64,000 bases of DNA from Balanoglossus misakiensis (taxonomy: Eukaryota; Animalia; Hemichordata): positions 8,919,483 to 8,983,482 of the forward strand of contig CM082582.2 of the NCBI GenBank assembly GCA_040954595.2. Reading direction: 5' to 3'. Position numbers and translations under genes: made by a program. Numbering within the stretch: the stretch's first letter is position 1; each line of letters opens with the position of its first letter. The notes beneath the pieces are model-generated. The model was given only the letters and a program-made list of their open reading frames with translations, searched no databases and was not told the DNA's origin. Below are positions 28,260 through 39,900 of this stretch, piece after piece.

Positions 28260-29158
28260 CGCGCAAGTTGTCAGTGTTACAACCGGTCTCGACCTGGAGT
28301 GTCTCTGTCTTGTGGTGTTTTAAACGTGTGTAGTAAGTGAAGATTTACAACCCACTGGTTACTGTAAACGAATTTGGGCGCCCCAGAAAACTAACTAGGT
28401 CGTATATTACCTGATAACCATGTAAAGTATAGGCGTACCATGCCCCCTCCCCGAAACTCCTACTAGTCAAAGCGGCCTTTCGCGTGGATTCTTCGGTCCA
28501 TTCTATAGGCGACAGTCATGGTAGGGGTGGACCATTTGATGTCTGGGACGGAGGGGGCTGGATTATGGGAACAAAGATTTTTTTTTCCAACCGAAAAAAA
28601 CACGAATTTTGTGGAGACAATTACTTTGTGCGGCTGACCAGAAAGCCCTCATTTTCCAAAGCCAAGAGCAGCGCACAGAGATTTATGAATACCTGTACAT
28701 AATCTAACCTCAAGTGACCACAGTAGACTATGCAAATGTATATCAGGTGGGTCTGTGTACGGACGTCGAACAAAGGGTCCAGGCATGTGTGTACCATGTC
28801 CTTGACAGCAAATAAAAAAGCTGCCAGGTTGGGGGAACACAATATGTCACGGGATATACACTGATAGTGGACAGACATAGAGGTAAATGTGGCTTGCCTC
28901 CACTAGCAGAACATTTGGGGTAAAATAATAAAATTTATTGTAATAATAATAACACAATAACTGAAAATATTTAACAACATTTTATCTGATCCCAGTGGTG
29001 AAGTAAACGTTTGTGGGGGTATGAACACAATGACAACATATTAGCAATGGGCTGTTTTTTCCAAGTTTTATAAGTTCCCGATACAATTATTTGATTTTAA
29101 AATCTACGTATTTGAACTCACTAAGCACTAAGCTCATTAATAATCACAGACTGCCTTT

Positions 29159-29922
29159 TTAGGACTTTGGATCTTTTCCTTTGGCGTTGTAGCAGTCACG
29201 GTGAGCATAATAGACGCCGTCAATTTTCTTCCAGACCATCAGGGAATTACCGCGCTCGACAACGGAGCCATCGTCCTTGTAGACGATGTACTCGCCGCAG
29301 TCATACGCCAGATCTCCAAACATAGCCCTGTCTTCTGATACGATGCGGATCTTTGCAACCCCAGGGGGCTTCATCGCTCCCAGGACTTCGGCTACGGCTA
29401 CAAGTAGAAACCAGGACAGGTCAGACAGACGGCAAAAATGAGCAGATTCAGGGGACCATCACTATTTCTCAATCAGACTACAGAGAAATTCACCTTTTGC
29501 CTCCAAAATAGGTCACACTCGACCTTATTCTGGTCCCTTGGACACTAACATTAAATTGTCCTACTAAACCAAGCTCCCGCCCCATAACAAGTTGACATGA
29601 CAAAGCAGTAGACGCTTTATCCGATATGTGCAAGGTCGAAGTACTATGAGCTCAGTCGATAGGGTATCTATTAGCATTATCAGCGTCTGGGCAAAGTTTG
29701 TCCGTGCACACGTTTATATTCAATGATATTGGCCAGGGTATAGGAAATTGAAACGTTGCAAGGCACACCTTTTCGTCCGCACTGCGGCTCCATTCCTGGT
29801 GGTAGAATCTTGCAATCCTCGGTGTAGATCTCGGACAATGACTTCATGTCGCCAGCTCCAAAATACTTCTCAAACTTCGCGATGCCTTCGTCAAGAGCAG
29901 CGTCATTTTCGGATGCGGCCAT
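29159..29922 (-). CDS. DUF4440/SnoaL-like protein, copy 7
   Basis: Exons 29922-29769 and 29397-29159; MAASENDAALDEGIAKFEKYFGAGDMKSLSEIYTEDC...YDCGEY...GNSLMVWKKIDGVYYAHRDCYN. Confidence 0.85.
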
Positions 29923-30420
29923 TGTGGCTGAGCCTGGAGTCCTTCGCCTTGGATGGAACGCAGTGCAACAAATTGCAAATTCCTTGAATTCTAAGTGCTG
30001 ACTCTTTTGCCGGGCGCTTCGGTGCCCTAGATAGGATGTGGATTTTGGGTGCGACTAAATCATGTGATAGAAGCCGTAAAAGGAAAGGTCTCTTACGCTT
30101 TGCATATCAATATCCGTCAAGGTAAAAGGTCCAATACGGGAAGTCTGTCGGCTCTCACACTACTATGACAGAAAGTTCTCTCGAACTACACAAACTTGGA
30201 GTCATGACAATGAATTACATGTACTTGTAAAGTGTGCGTGCACACACAAAATATTATTCACAAAATATAGACGTTTTCAGGAATAAGTACTTTTCTGTCA
30301 CTATGAAGTCTTAAACCTCCAAAAGTATTTATTTTCTTCTTTCCTCAACAAAGCTTAATCACGGCCAATAATCTTCAGTGTATCATTCTCAATGACAGGC
30401 CGCCAATGCTGAGTATACGT

Positions 30421-31061
30421 CTACGGTTTTGTATCTTCCCCACTGCTATTAAAACAATCGCGGTACATATAATAAGTACCACCAACTTTTTTCCAGACCA
30501 CAAGTGAATTGCCACGGTCGCAAACTGTGCCGTCATCTTTGAAGAGGGTGTATCGGCCGCAGTCATACGCAAACTCCCCAAATCCAGCTTTATCGTCCGA
30601 TGTTACTCGGACCTTGGCAAATCCCGCAGCCTTCATTGACTCAATTACCTTCTCCACAGCTGCAAAAGTAAGAAAAGCGGGGAAGAAATGAGAAAAGTTA
30701 CTTTGCCTAGCTTGCAGCACAGACAGTACGCGAGTACGGCCGAAAATTACTTATCATGTGAACAAGTGCCCGTGTTTGGGCCAATGTTCAAGACCTAATT
30801 CACATGTAACTTATGCGCCGCCAACTAAACAGAAGGGCGACTGAAAGTGCCAGTAGGCCTAGGCCTAAGGGCCGTGCGTTTGTGGCACAGTCACGTCACA
30901 CACGCACCTTTTCGTCCATTTTGTGTCTCCATTCCTGGCACTAAAAGCTTGCAGTCCTCGGTGTAGAGCTCGGAGAGAGACTTCATGTCCCCTGATTCCC
31001 AAAACTTCTCAAACTTAGCGTTGCCCTCGTCAATCGCAGCGTGAATTGCGGACTCGGCCAT
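30421..31061 (-). CDS. DUF4440/SnoaL-like protein, copy 8
   Basis: Exons 31061-30908 and 30659-30421; MAESAIHAAIDEGNAKFEKFWESGDMKSLSELYTEDC...YDCGRY...GNSLVVWKKVGGTYYMYRDCFNS. Confidence 0.85.
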
Positions 31062-31149
31062 AGCTGCAATCACCCGTACGATTCGACAGTGGTTCGACCC
31101 TCCCCCCCCTGTTCTTTTATCACTGAGCTAGAGGGTCCAGTTATTCAAC
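31062..31149. promoter_or_regulatory. Putative ultra-short divergent promoter between DUF4440 copy 8 and ABHD4/5
   Basis: Only 88 nt between the opposing ATGs; ATAAAAG on the minus strand near 31114-31120. Confidence 0.5.
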
Positions 31150-33394
31150 ATGGCAGAAATGAAAACAGAAGCACGCGCTGAAACGAGCAGGTAAGTCATG
31201 CAACGATGCATTTATGATCGCACGTCTCGATATTTACATCTTTCATATTGATGACACGTTGAATACATGTAGTTTTAATTAAGGAAGGAACGGATGGTGG
31301 TTTTCAACGCCGAAAGATTCTCCAGTCGTTTAAAGGTCATCGCGACCTGTAGCGTTGGTTGGAAATGTTTTCCCAAAGTTGCCATCCTCCCCACCGGTCG
31401 CGTGATGAGACGTGGACCTTTCCAGGATTGTACCTGATATTCATTAACCGCATTGTTGTTCTGATCAAGAATTTCAGCTTTTTTACAATATGCAATCCCT
31501 TCACTCCGCGCTGGATAGCGCTGTGTGATGTTTACAATCCAGTCATGTAATACATCGCATAATTACGTCATCATCAACTTGCGCAAGCACAGTCGCTTGA
31601 GTGCGCTAGTCATTATATTTCTATGATGAGCAATCTAAGTGGGGCTAGAGTTTGCATCGGCAGTTGTCATGCCAACGTGGCAACTGGGCTTATTATCACA
31701 TCCGTAATCATCATTCAGTTATCTTGTTTGTTCGTATTCTTCACAGCGAGCCGTTCTACAAATTCAAGTGGATACCATCGTCTGCAGATCTATTGGAAGC
31801 AGCTGAGAAACGAATATTGCGATGTAAGTATGATTGTGAATGTGGCTGGAAATGCAGCAGTGTCCATCAAGAAAATGGAGCGAAAGGCACGGTTCTGAGA
31901 AAGATAATGAATGTTATGTCTTTTCCATTCTTGTTTCAGTTGTCAAGGCAAAGTATGAGGGGAGATATGTACCTTGTGGAATTGGGGAGAACAGGTTATG
32001 GACACTGATGTTCAATTCCAAGTACCCGACGCGGCGACCCTTCGTCTTTGTTCACGGCTTCGGCGCCGGCGTCGGACTCTGGGCGCTGAACATCGACTCG
32101 GCGTGCAAGCAGCGGCCGTTCTACACGTTCGACCTGCTGGGGTTCGGCCGCAGCTCCAGGCCGCAGTTCTCCGCCGACAGCGAGTCGGCGGAGCAGCAGT
32201 TTGTGGAGAGCATGGAACGGTGGAGGACTGAACTGAAACTGGAGAAAATGATTCTCGTGGGTCACAGCTTCGGCGGTTATCTGGTCAGCAGCTACGCGGT
32301 CAGATACCCCAAGCGAGTGCAACACCTTGTCCTCGTCGACCCGTGGGGGTTTGCTGAGAAACCTGAACATTTTGAATCAAAGTTTCCGTGGTGGTTGAGG
32401 GCTATTGGGACTGTCCTTATGTCAATGAGTGGAACAATTTTGTCAGTGGTCAGAACGGCTGGACCCTACGGTTAGTGCCTTAAAAATTAATCTGGTCACA
32501 CGACCATCAAAAGAGTGATCATATAAACTGCTCTTAGCTTATCTTTTTATCATACTACTGCGAAATAATATTCTTTTGAAAAGATGTTGCCAGAAGAAGA
32601 AAATCTTTAACTGTTGTGGGGAGATCACTGTATTTGTATGTTTTATATTTGTCTGTATCAGGTCCCGATCTAGTCAAGAAAGCACGGCCGGACCTTCAAG
32701 GGAAGTTCAATGAACTCTTTAATGATGACACAGTCACTGATTATATTTATCATTGCAATGCACAAGAACCGAGGTAAGGTTGATAGAAAACTAAATTATA
32801 TATAACATTTTCCTTAACACTGCTGGGTGTGTTTGATGTGTACCTGATCATATAATACGAGAAGTGGTAGTATTATAGAGTCACTATATCAATAAGTTTT
32901 GTTTCTGTGCTTATTATATTCCAGTGGTGAGAAAGTCTTCAAGAACTTGATGTTGTCTTGGGGCTTTGCCAAACGACCCTTTATTCATCGCATCCATGAA
33001 GTACGACAAGACATACCCATGACTTTCATCTACGGCGCTAAGACGTACTCCATAATCGATCCATCGATGGGTAAAAAGACTCAGGAAATCAGACAGGGGT
33101 CACAGGTTAATGTACATGTAGGTATCTGCTGTCTCATCTTGTAATGTTTGCCCCCCCAGGGGGTCCCAATGTGCATCATGATGATCAGTTTGCCCATGAA
33201 ATTTAATGGCCAGTAAAGTGACAGTTGACCTTCTTTATTGGCCTGTGTTCTGTATGTATGAATTTCTTACAACAGTGTCTTCTTTTTTTATTTCATTCTT
33301 TCAGATTGTACAGAATGCTGGTCACCACGTGTATGCAGACCAGCCGAAGCAGTTCAACGATCTACTGAAGGAAACATGCCAAGACGATCCTTGA
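31150..33394 (+). CDS. ABHD4: Alpha/beta hydrolase ABHD4/ABHD5 (CGI-58)-like, 6 exons
   Basis: WIPSSADLLEAAEKRIL, VHGFGAGVGLW, DLLGFGRSSRP, GHSFGGY (Ser nucleophile retained), LVDPWGF, DYIYHCNAQEPSGE, AGHHVYAD (HX4D). Probably the single pro-orthologue of vertebrate ABHD4 and ABHD5. Confidence 0.9.
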
Positions 33395-34198
33395 CTTTGA
33401 GCCCCATTGCTGTACCTATCACAGAACCCCCTATCTTCCCTGATATTTTTTTCATTACATCCCATTCAGAGAAGCTGACATTACAGGATCAGTGTTGTTG
33501 TTAATCTCTGAGTGTGTGCAATATGTGATGCCAAACAAGAAATAACCTGCAGGTGAACGATAATCTGTAACAATGGCAACAATATCTCAGGTTCAAGTCT
33601 GTGAAATGTGAAAGTCTGAAGTTATTCAATTTTACCTAAAATGTGTGCAATCTTCAGCTTTTTATATTAGGTGCTAGTTGTTTGTCTCATGAAGATTTCA
33701 AAGATATATTTACTACAGTGGATCATAACTAGTTTGTGAAGGATTCTAACAACATATTCTGAATGAAATCTTTAATATTGTCAAGATTGTTTCATATATT
33801 GAATAAATGAATATATACATTGCATATAATTGGGTTGACCATTTGTAGTATGCTTTTCCTCCCAAGTCGGCTGGTTATTCATTTTGCCTTCATGTGGCAA
33901 TGCACTTCATTCAGAGAACAGACAGTATTTGACCGTACCTCTGGGAAGCAGTAAAGTTCACATCTTGATCAAACTTTTCCAGACCAGATAAAAGTCAACC
34001 ACAAAGCCCCACTGATGCTGCATACACATCGTCACGCAGTCCGATTGTGGGATGTTAATTTAAAGTGGAATTAAACTCAATATACTAGAAAAATGTAACA
34101 ATAAAACACATTAAATGGTGATGTCATCATATCATCATCGAACTCTCATTACTGTAAGCCGGGGTTGACAGAGTCGTTGTTCGTTACAAAATCCACTT

Positions 34199-35511
34199 TT
34201 ATTTTTTCTGTTGGGCCATCATCTCGGTGAACAGTTTCCCTTGCAGGCTTAGACATATAGGAGGAACTTGGGTGTAGCTGAGGATAATTCTGAAAAGATA
34301 CGGAGGGGATATTATTTGAATCGAAATCACCATACAGACGGGACATTATTCAGAAGATGTAGTTGGCAACTTCTATCCGTTGCTATGCAAATTCCTTTCT
34401 CAATCAAAATGCCATTGATCAAACGACTTACTGATTTTTCACTAGCCCCAGGTTAGACGTCAAGAAGTCGGTCAAGGCTCGAGTGTACTTGATGTTCTTC
34501 TCTTCAGTGTCGAACGTTCCCGGAGAAACCGAACTCATATCGACAGTGCAGACTGTAACTTCTTTACCACCTCTGTACATTGCCTGGTCACTATTGATGA
34601 TTATCAATGGTACCTATAAAAGGTATACGCACAGACGTTCACAAATCTGTTGGGCATGTTATCAAATACTGACATTTCACATTTGGTAGGAGGGGTTTAT
34701 TTTATCTCATGGTCCCCGAGAAGAAAAGTGCGACTGGCCCTGTCATTTCATTTGATCAGATTCCACCCTGACATCACGCCAATGCAGCGGCTGGTCAGAG
34801 AGGCGTCTACGTCTATCCATGGACACACGTGCACGTCCATGGTCTGTCTAAGCTAAAGTTCGTTTATCGGTGTATATTCTGTCTCGTCACACGCTGCAGA
34901 ATATATTCGTACGCTTATACAAAAGCATCCAGGCAAGAAAATGACCACGTTGCGTTATCGTCGCCTCTTCTTTATCAGTTTTGTCCCTCGTCAACTTTGG
35001 CCAATAGCAGACCTGCCGAAACACGTGGGAGTGAAACTGACCTAAGGCTAGTTGCAGAAACGGGCCTTCTCAAGATTTCAATTTCTGTTATGTTTGGAGA
35101 CAGTTGAAAGGAGAAGACTGTATCTTGCTCGAAATAATTATTACAATATCAACCTTCAAATCAAACTCCAGTCAGAATAGCAAACGATCTAAGGCGAGTC
35201 GTGTGAGCATGAAATCCCCCCCCCCCCCAAGCCAATTTCGTAACAATACAGTTGTTGGAGTTCGCAGGTTAAATCTCGACCCTTCATCTCCGCTCTGTCA
35301 CGGTTCATCAATCATATTAATAATCATCGAATCAATAATGTCCGAATCGAAACATGAGAGATTAGGGCCTATATAGGACAACCCTGGATCCGCATTACGT
35401 TACCTCTTCTGGAACCCCAATCTGCTCTCCTACGACTTTGGCCAATTTGCCGGCAAAGTCTCTCCCAACTGTTGTTTTCGGCAAACTTGTTGTCACAACG
35501 ATTTTCGGCAT
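34199..35511 (-). CDS. MIF / D-dopachrome tautomerase family protein, 3 exons, 126 aa
   Basis: Exons 35511-35404 (108 nt), 34613-34432 (182 nt) and 34289-34199 (91 nt) splice in frame to MPKIVVTTSLPKTTVGRDFAGKLAKVVGEQIGVPEEVPLIIINSDQAMYRGGKEVTVCTVDMSSVSPGTFDTEEKNIKYTRALTDFLTSNLGLVKNQIILSYTQVPPICLSLQGKLFTEMMAQQKK; Met-Pro start, MIF-like size and intron phases 0 and 2. Confidence 0.85.
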
Positions 35512-36914
35512 TTTGGGTTGAGTGTGTAGTACTTGTTATTCGACAAAAGTCTACCGGTCGCGATCGTTGCTCCTGCTGTCTATAAGTAAGCTAATACGAG
35601 GCCTCAACGAAGAGTACTTTGTTTGAGGTCAGCCCTGTTTGACCCAGCCTCGGATGAGCGTACCTAACCTTAACCTATACATATATAATCATCTATTATG
35701 TTGTCAGACATTTACCTGAATTTAGGAGCCATTTCTGACCATATAATCAGTGTTGTTTCGCAGTCAGATACCGCGAGTTTTCCCGATAAGCTCAAGTAGA
35801 ATTGAAGTGGAATCTTACGTCGGCAAACCGGTGTTGTGAGTGAAGTAAAACTTAGCCAGCAGGCGCAGTGGAGATGACGTACATTTGTTTGAGTAAGTCA
35901 TGGGTCTTTCATTATTTTCACATAGCATGGATATCAGTCTACCTTACTGTTGAACCTGATCACGCTAACTTAGCAAAAACAAGCAATATTGAGTATTGCC
36001 TGTTACCAACAAAACACCAGGATGTATGGTCACTCACGGGTCACGAAAGTGGCCTATTGGATGTTGGCTGACCCAACTGCTATACCAATGAACATACAAC
36101 ATGTTCAATGGACACCAGAAACTCCATATCCTTCCCAGTCAAAGGTCAACATATAAAACTGGCCATAATACGAAAACTGAGCACAAACACATTTGTGCAG
36201 GACATGTCTAGAATGTGACGAAGAAATTTTATTTCAGCAAATTAAATAATCTAAACAGCTTCTTTTGATTTTGCATGGTGTACTGGTCTTTGTTCAATCA
36301 AACAATCTTCGAACTGCAAACCACTCTTTCTTTTGATTGGAACCATTTATTAAGAGTCTTGTTGGATCTGTTTCACATGTACAAGGATCACTGGTTTCAT
36401 CACAAGTTTTTATGGGCAAGAATAATAAAAAATTCCTTATGTCAGCACGACTCACACACAAAAATTATTTTAGCAGTACGTTCTAACTGAGGTTGGTAAT
36501 ACTATGGCAATTATTGCAATTAAGTAATTACCTGAAACACAAACCTTACTTGATAAAGCATGCTAACTCCTGACTTCAATGATGTCACTGTCAGGTATCT
36601 GTACGTACATACCATTTTTATGGTAATCACTTGTAACCTATGACCCCCGACCCTGTATGTATTGGGGGGGGGGGGGGTTCAGATGATTTATCAAGACTAA
36701 ATTTAATTGGTTGATAAGATACACTCAAACAAACGCTCAAAAGATATACGCGCACTAGCCTCTTCAATAAAATACTAGACATCATTATAATAAACAACTC
36801 AGTTACAGGCCATGCAGCAACAGTCCTACAAGATTCTTTACGTTTGCCACAGGTCAAAGTTGAAAGGTCACTGTACATTGTGCATACACACTGCTAAAAT
36901 CTGTGCAACACAGT

Positions 36915-39900
36915 TTACTTGGTCACCGAGTGGATGGCGTGTGCGAGATAGGCGTTGTTCTTTGACGAGATGCCAGCCACGGAGATTCGGCCGTCTTTCG
37001 TCAGGTAAACTGAGAAATCCTTGGTGAGCTTTGCAACCTGTCAGGAGAGGTTAGATGCAGAAGAAATCAAGACATGAGAAATGGTATCAGGATGCATATG
37101 ACTACCCCCCCTGGCCATCAGTTTGAGCCAGGGTCACGGACAGGGTTGGGGTAAGTTCCCAGGGGGTGTCTGTCCTAGAACTTAATGAAAAGTTACAGAG
37201 AACAGTCAAATGTGAAAACAAGTTGATCTCTGATTGAGATGCATTTATATCTGAGCAGTCTTTATTTTCCCCCACTGAACTGGCATACCTGGTCTGGTTT
37301 AAGTCCTGTGAAACAGAACATGCCGATCTGGTCGATGATGTGCTGCCAGTTGTGAGTTGATCCCTCCTTCTTGAGATTCTCTACCAACTGTTCGCGCATA
37401 CCGATGATTCTGTCGGCCATGCCCTTGACTTCAGTCAACCTAAAAGGAAACAACAACAGCCAATGAATGTAGTATTCTGGTAAATACTTTTCATCATGTA
37501 ACAGTAAGACAGCACTGTGCATAGACTGGCCAACTGTGCCAGGTGTATCTCCTCTACGTTGCAAATTACAGAACACCCAGATTGAAGAACTTTGAAAAAG
37601 TTAGGGGGTCTCACCACTGGCTCCTCAGCTCCGGGGTATTCAGAATGGTGGTGGCGATTCTGGGCCCGCTGAGGGGTGGATTGGAGTACATTGGTCGGAT
37701 GATGATTTTCAGTTGCGACTCAACTCGCTTCGCCTCTTCCTCGCTGTCACAGACAATGGTGAAGGCACCAACACGTTCACCTGCAATGCAAAAATAATCA
37801 TTATCACATTTACTGATCGACAGGGACACTGCAGCATCATCTTTGCGTGTAAACTCAATCACTCACCATACAAGCCCATGTTCTTGGCATACGACTGGGA
37901 CAGAGCCAAGTTGTGTCCGTCTTCCACAAACATCCTGACGGCCGCAGCGTCCTTGTCGATGTTACCGCTGGCAAAACCTTGGTATGCCATGTCAAAATAT
38001 ACAAACAGATTACGGGACTGCAAAAGAGGAAGGAAAGACAAGGGATGGATTAGTGCTGAACTCAGTCAATCAGTAAGTATGATACAAAATTTACAATGCA
38101 GATGGATTACGGTGGACGTTATGGTTCTTACCTTGATAATTTTGGACAATTCTTTCCACTGCTCAGGCTGAAAAGTCAAACAAAAAAAGAACAAGTTATA
38201 CAAGTTCTCAAATGGAAAAGAGACAAGACAGGGGCACCAAGCATACAATGCACCTTGGAACACAGAGATGACCCGGCCCAGAGAGACTGCATGTGGTAAA
38301 GTATCAGGATAGTCACCCCCTGGATATTCACAATGTCCACGGGGGTACAGTCCTAGAACGATGAAATGTTTGACACAGGCATCTTAGATGATATGAGAAA
38401 ACATGTTCACTTACCTTTGGATCAACTCCAGTGGGATTGTGTGCACATGCATGCAGCAGAATGATGGACCTCTCTGGAATTTTCTGCCATAAAAAAACAC
38501 AAACATTATTTAGTTACATATAATACAAAAACTAAACATGAAAAGGGTTTTCTCCTGCTGTAAACATTGGCCTGTTTTTTTGTCTGATCATTTGACAGGA
38601 CTTTGATATGGAAAAGTAATGTGAACTTACTGAAATGTTTTCAAATGCCCCAGCAGCATCAAAGCCACATGTCTTTGGATCGTAGTACTTGTACTGCTTG
38701 ACTTCCATACCAGCATGTCTGTAAATAAGAGAAGTCAGCGATAACACAAGAATCAGTTCTCACTAAAAACTTGCATAATTTTCTCTCATGTATGTAGACA
38801 GCTGAGGGTCTCACAAAACAAAAGGGGCCACAAGTTAAAAATAACGACAAGCACCGGTGCATTTAGATTGAGTACTACAGCAATGTATGCTTTAAAATCG
38901 TGATGTAAATCACACAGGTGTATGAGATGACCAGAGAGGGCGCACATACTTCACAATTGGTACATGGTTGCCCCATGTGGGCAAGGGCTGCCACACTTCC
39001 TTGACTCCAGGGTAAAACTTGGACAGGAAGTTGAATCCTATGCGCAAAGATCCAGTTCCAGAGATACCTTGTACTGTAATGTTCTGGAGTGGATAAAAGA
39101 GACGATTTTCTCAGTAAGTGCTGCTTGAGTTATGCAGTAGGTAAATGGATCAGTAAACACATAGCTGTCGCACAATAATTTGAATACGCTCAATCATGCA
39201 TTCACAGATGTTGTAAGTTTCATTTCCTCTTGTAGTTTACAAGTGTTTCAAGTACTAACTAAAGCAGTGTTAGCATCTTATGTGCAGAGAGAGATCAGCC
39301 TGATTACACGTTACTAACCCTTTTACTCTTGAGTACTTCATGATCTTCACCGAACGCCAAGGTTGCGGACGCTTTTTGGAAATCTGGTAAACCAGTAATT
39401 CCCAGGTACTCTTTGTCAAGGTTTTTGGAGCGGACAATGTCTTCTGCCTGCATTGGTGGTGGAATCAGAACATGTCTGTTTCAAAACACAAGTTTGGTAG
39501 GGAACATTGTTCTATTCATCATTCATCTGTCCCTTTCAAAGATGACCCTGTAAATATTGATTTGGACTTGGTTCACTGTGGTAATATCTGTACATTTTTC
39601 AGAACCAGTAAGTTCATAGGGCATGTCACCCTTACCTTACGAACACTGGGCAAAACGTATGGCTTGCCATTATCATCACGGTATGCACCAACACCCAGGT
39701 TCATTTTATTCGGGTTCATGTCTTTCTTGAAGGCCTCTGTGACACCCAAGATGGCATCAGGGGGTCCCATTTCAACATGGTTCCACCAAGAACTGACAAA
39801 AAACAAACAAAGTGAAGTTTAGGCATGATGGAGTACGTTAACTCTTTGCAGTCATCATCACTAGGGTAGGTAGATGATGGGGGCTATGCCGAAATAATAT

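Noticed and set aside
21138-31061. Bacterial contamination as the source of the DUF4440 genes
   Set aside because: Every copy has a spliceosomal intron at the same position, and the array is contiguous with intron-rich animal genes.
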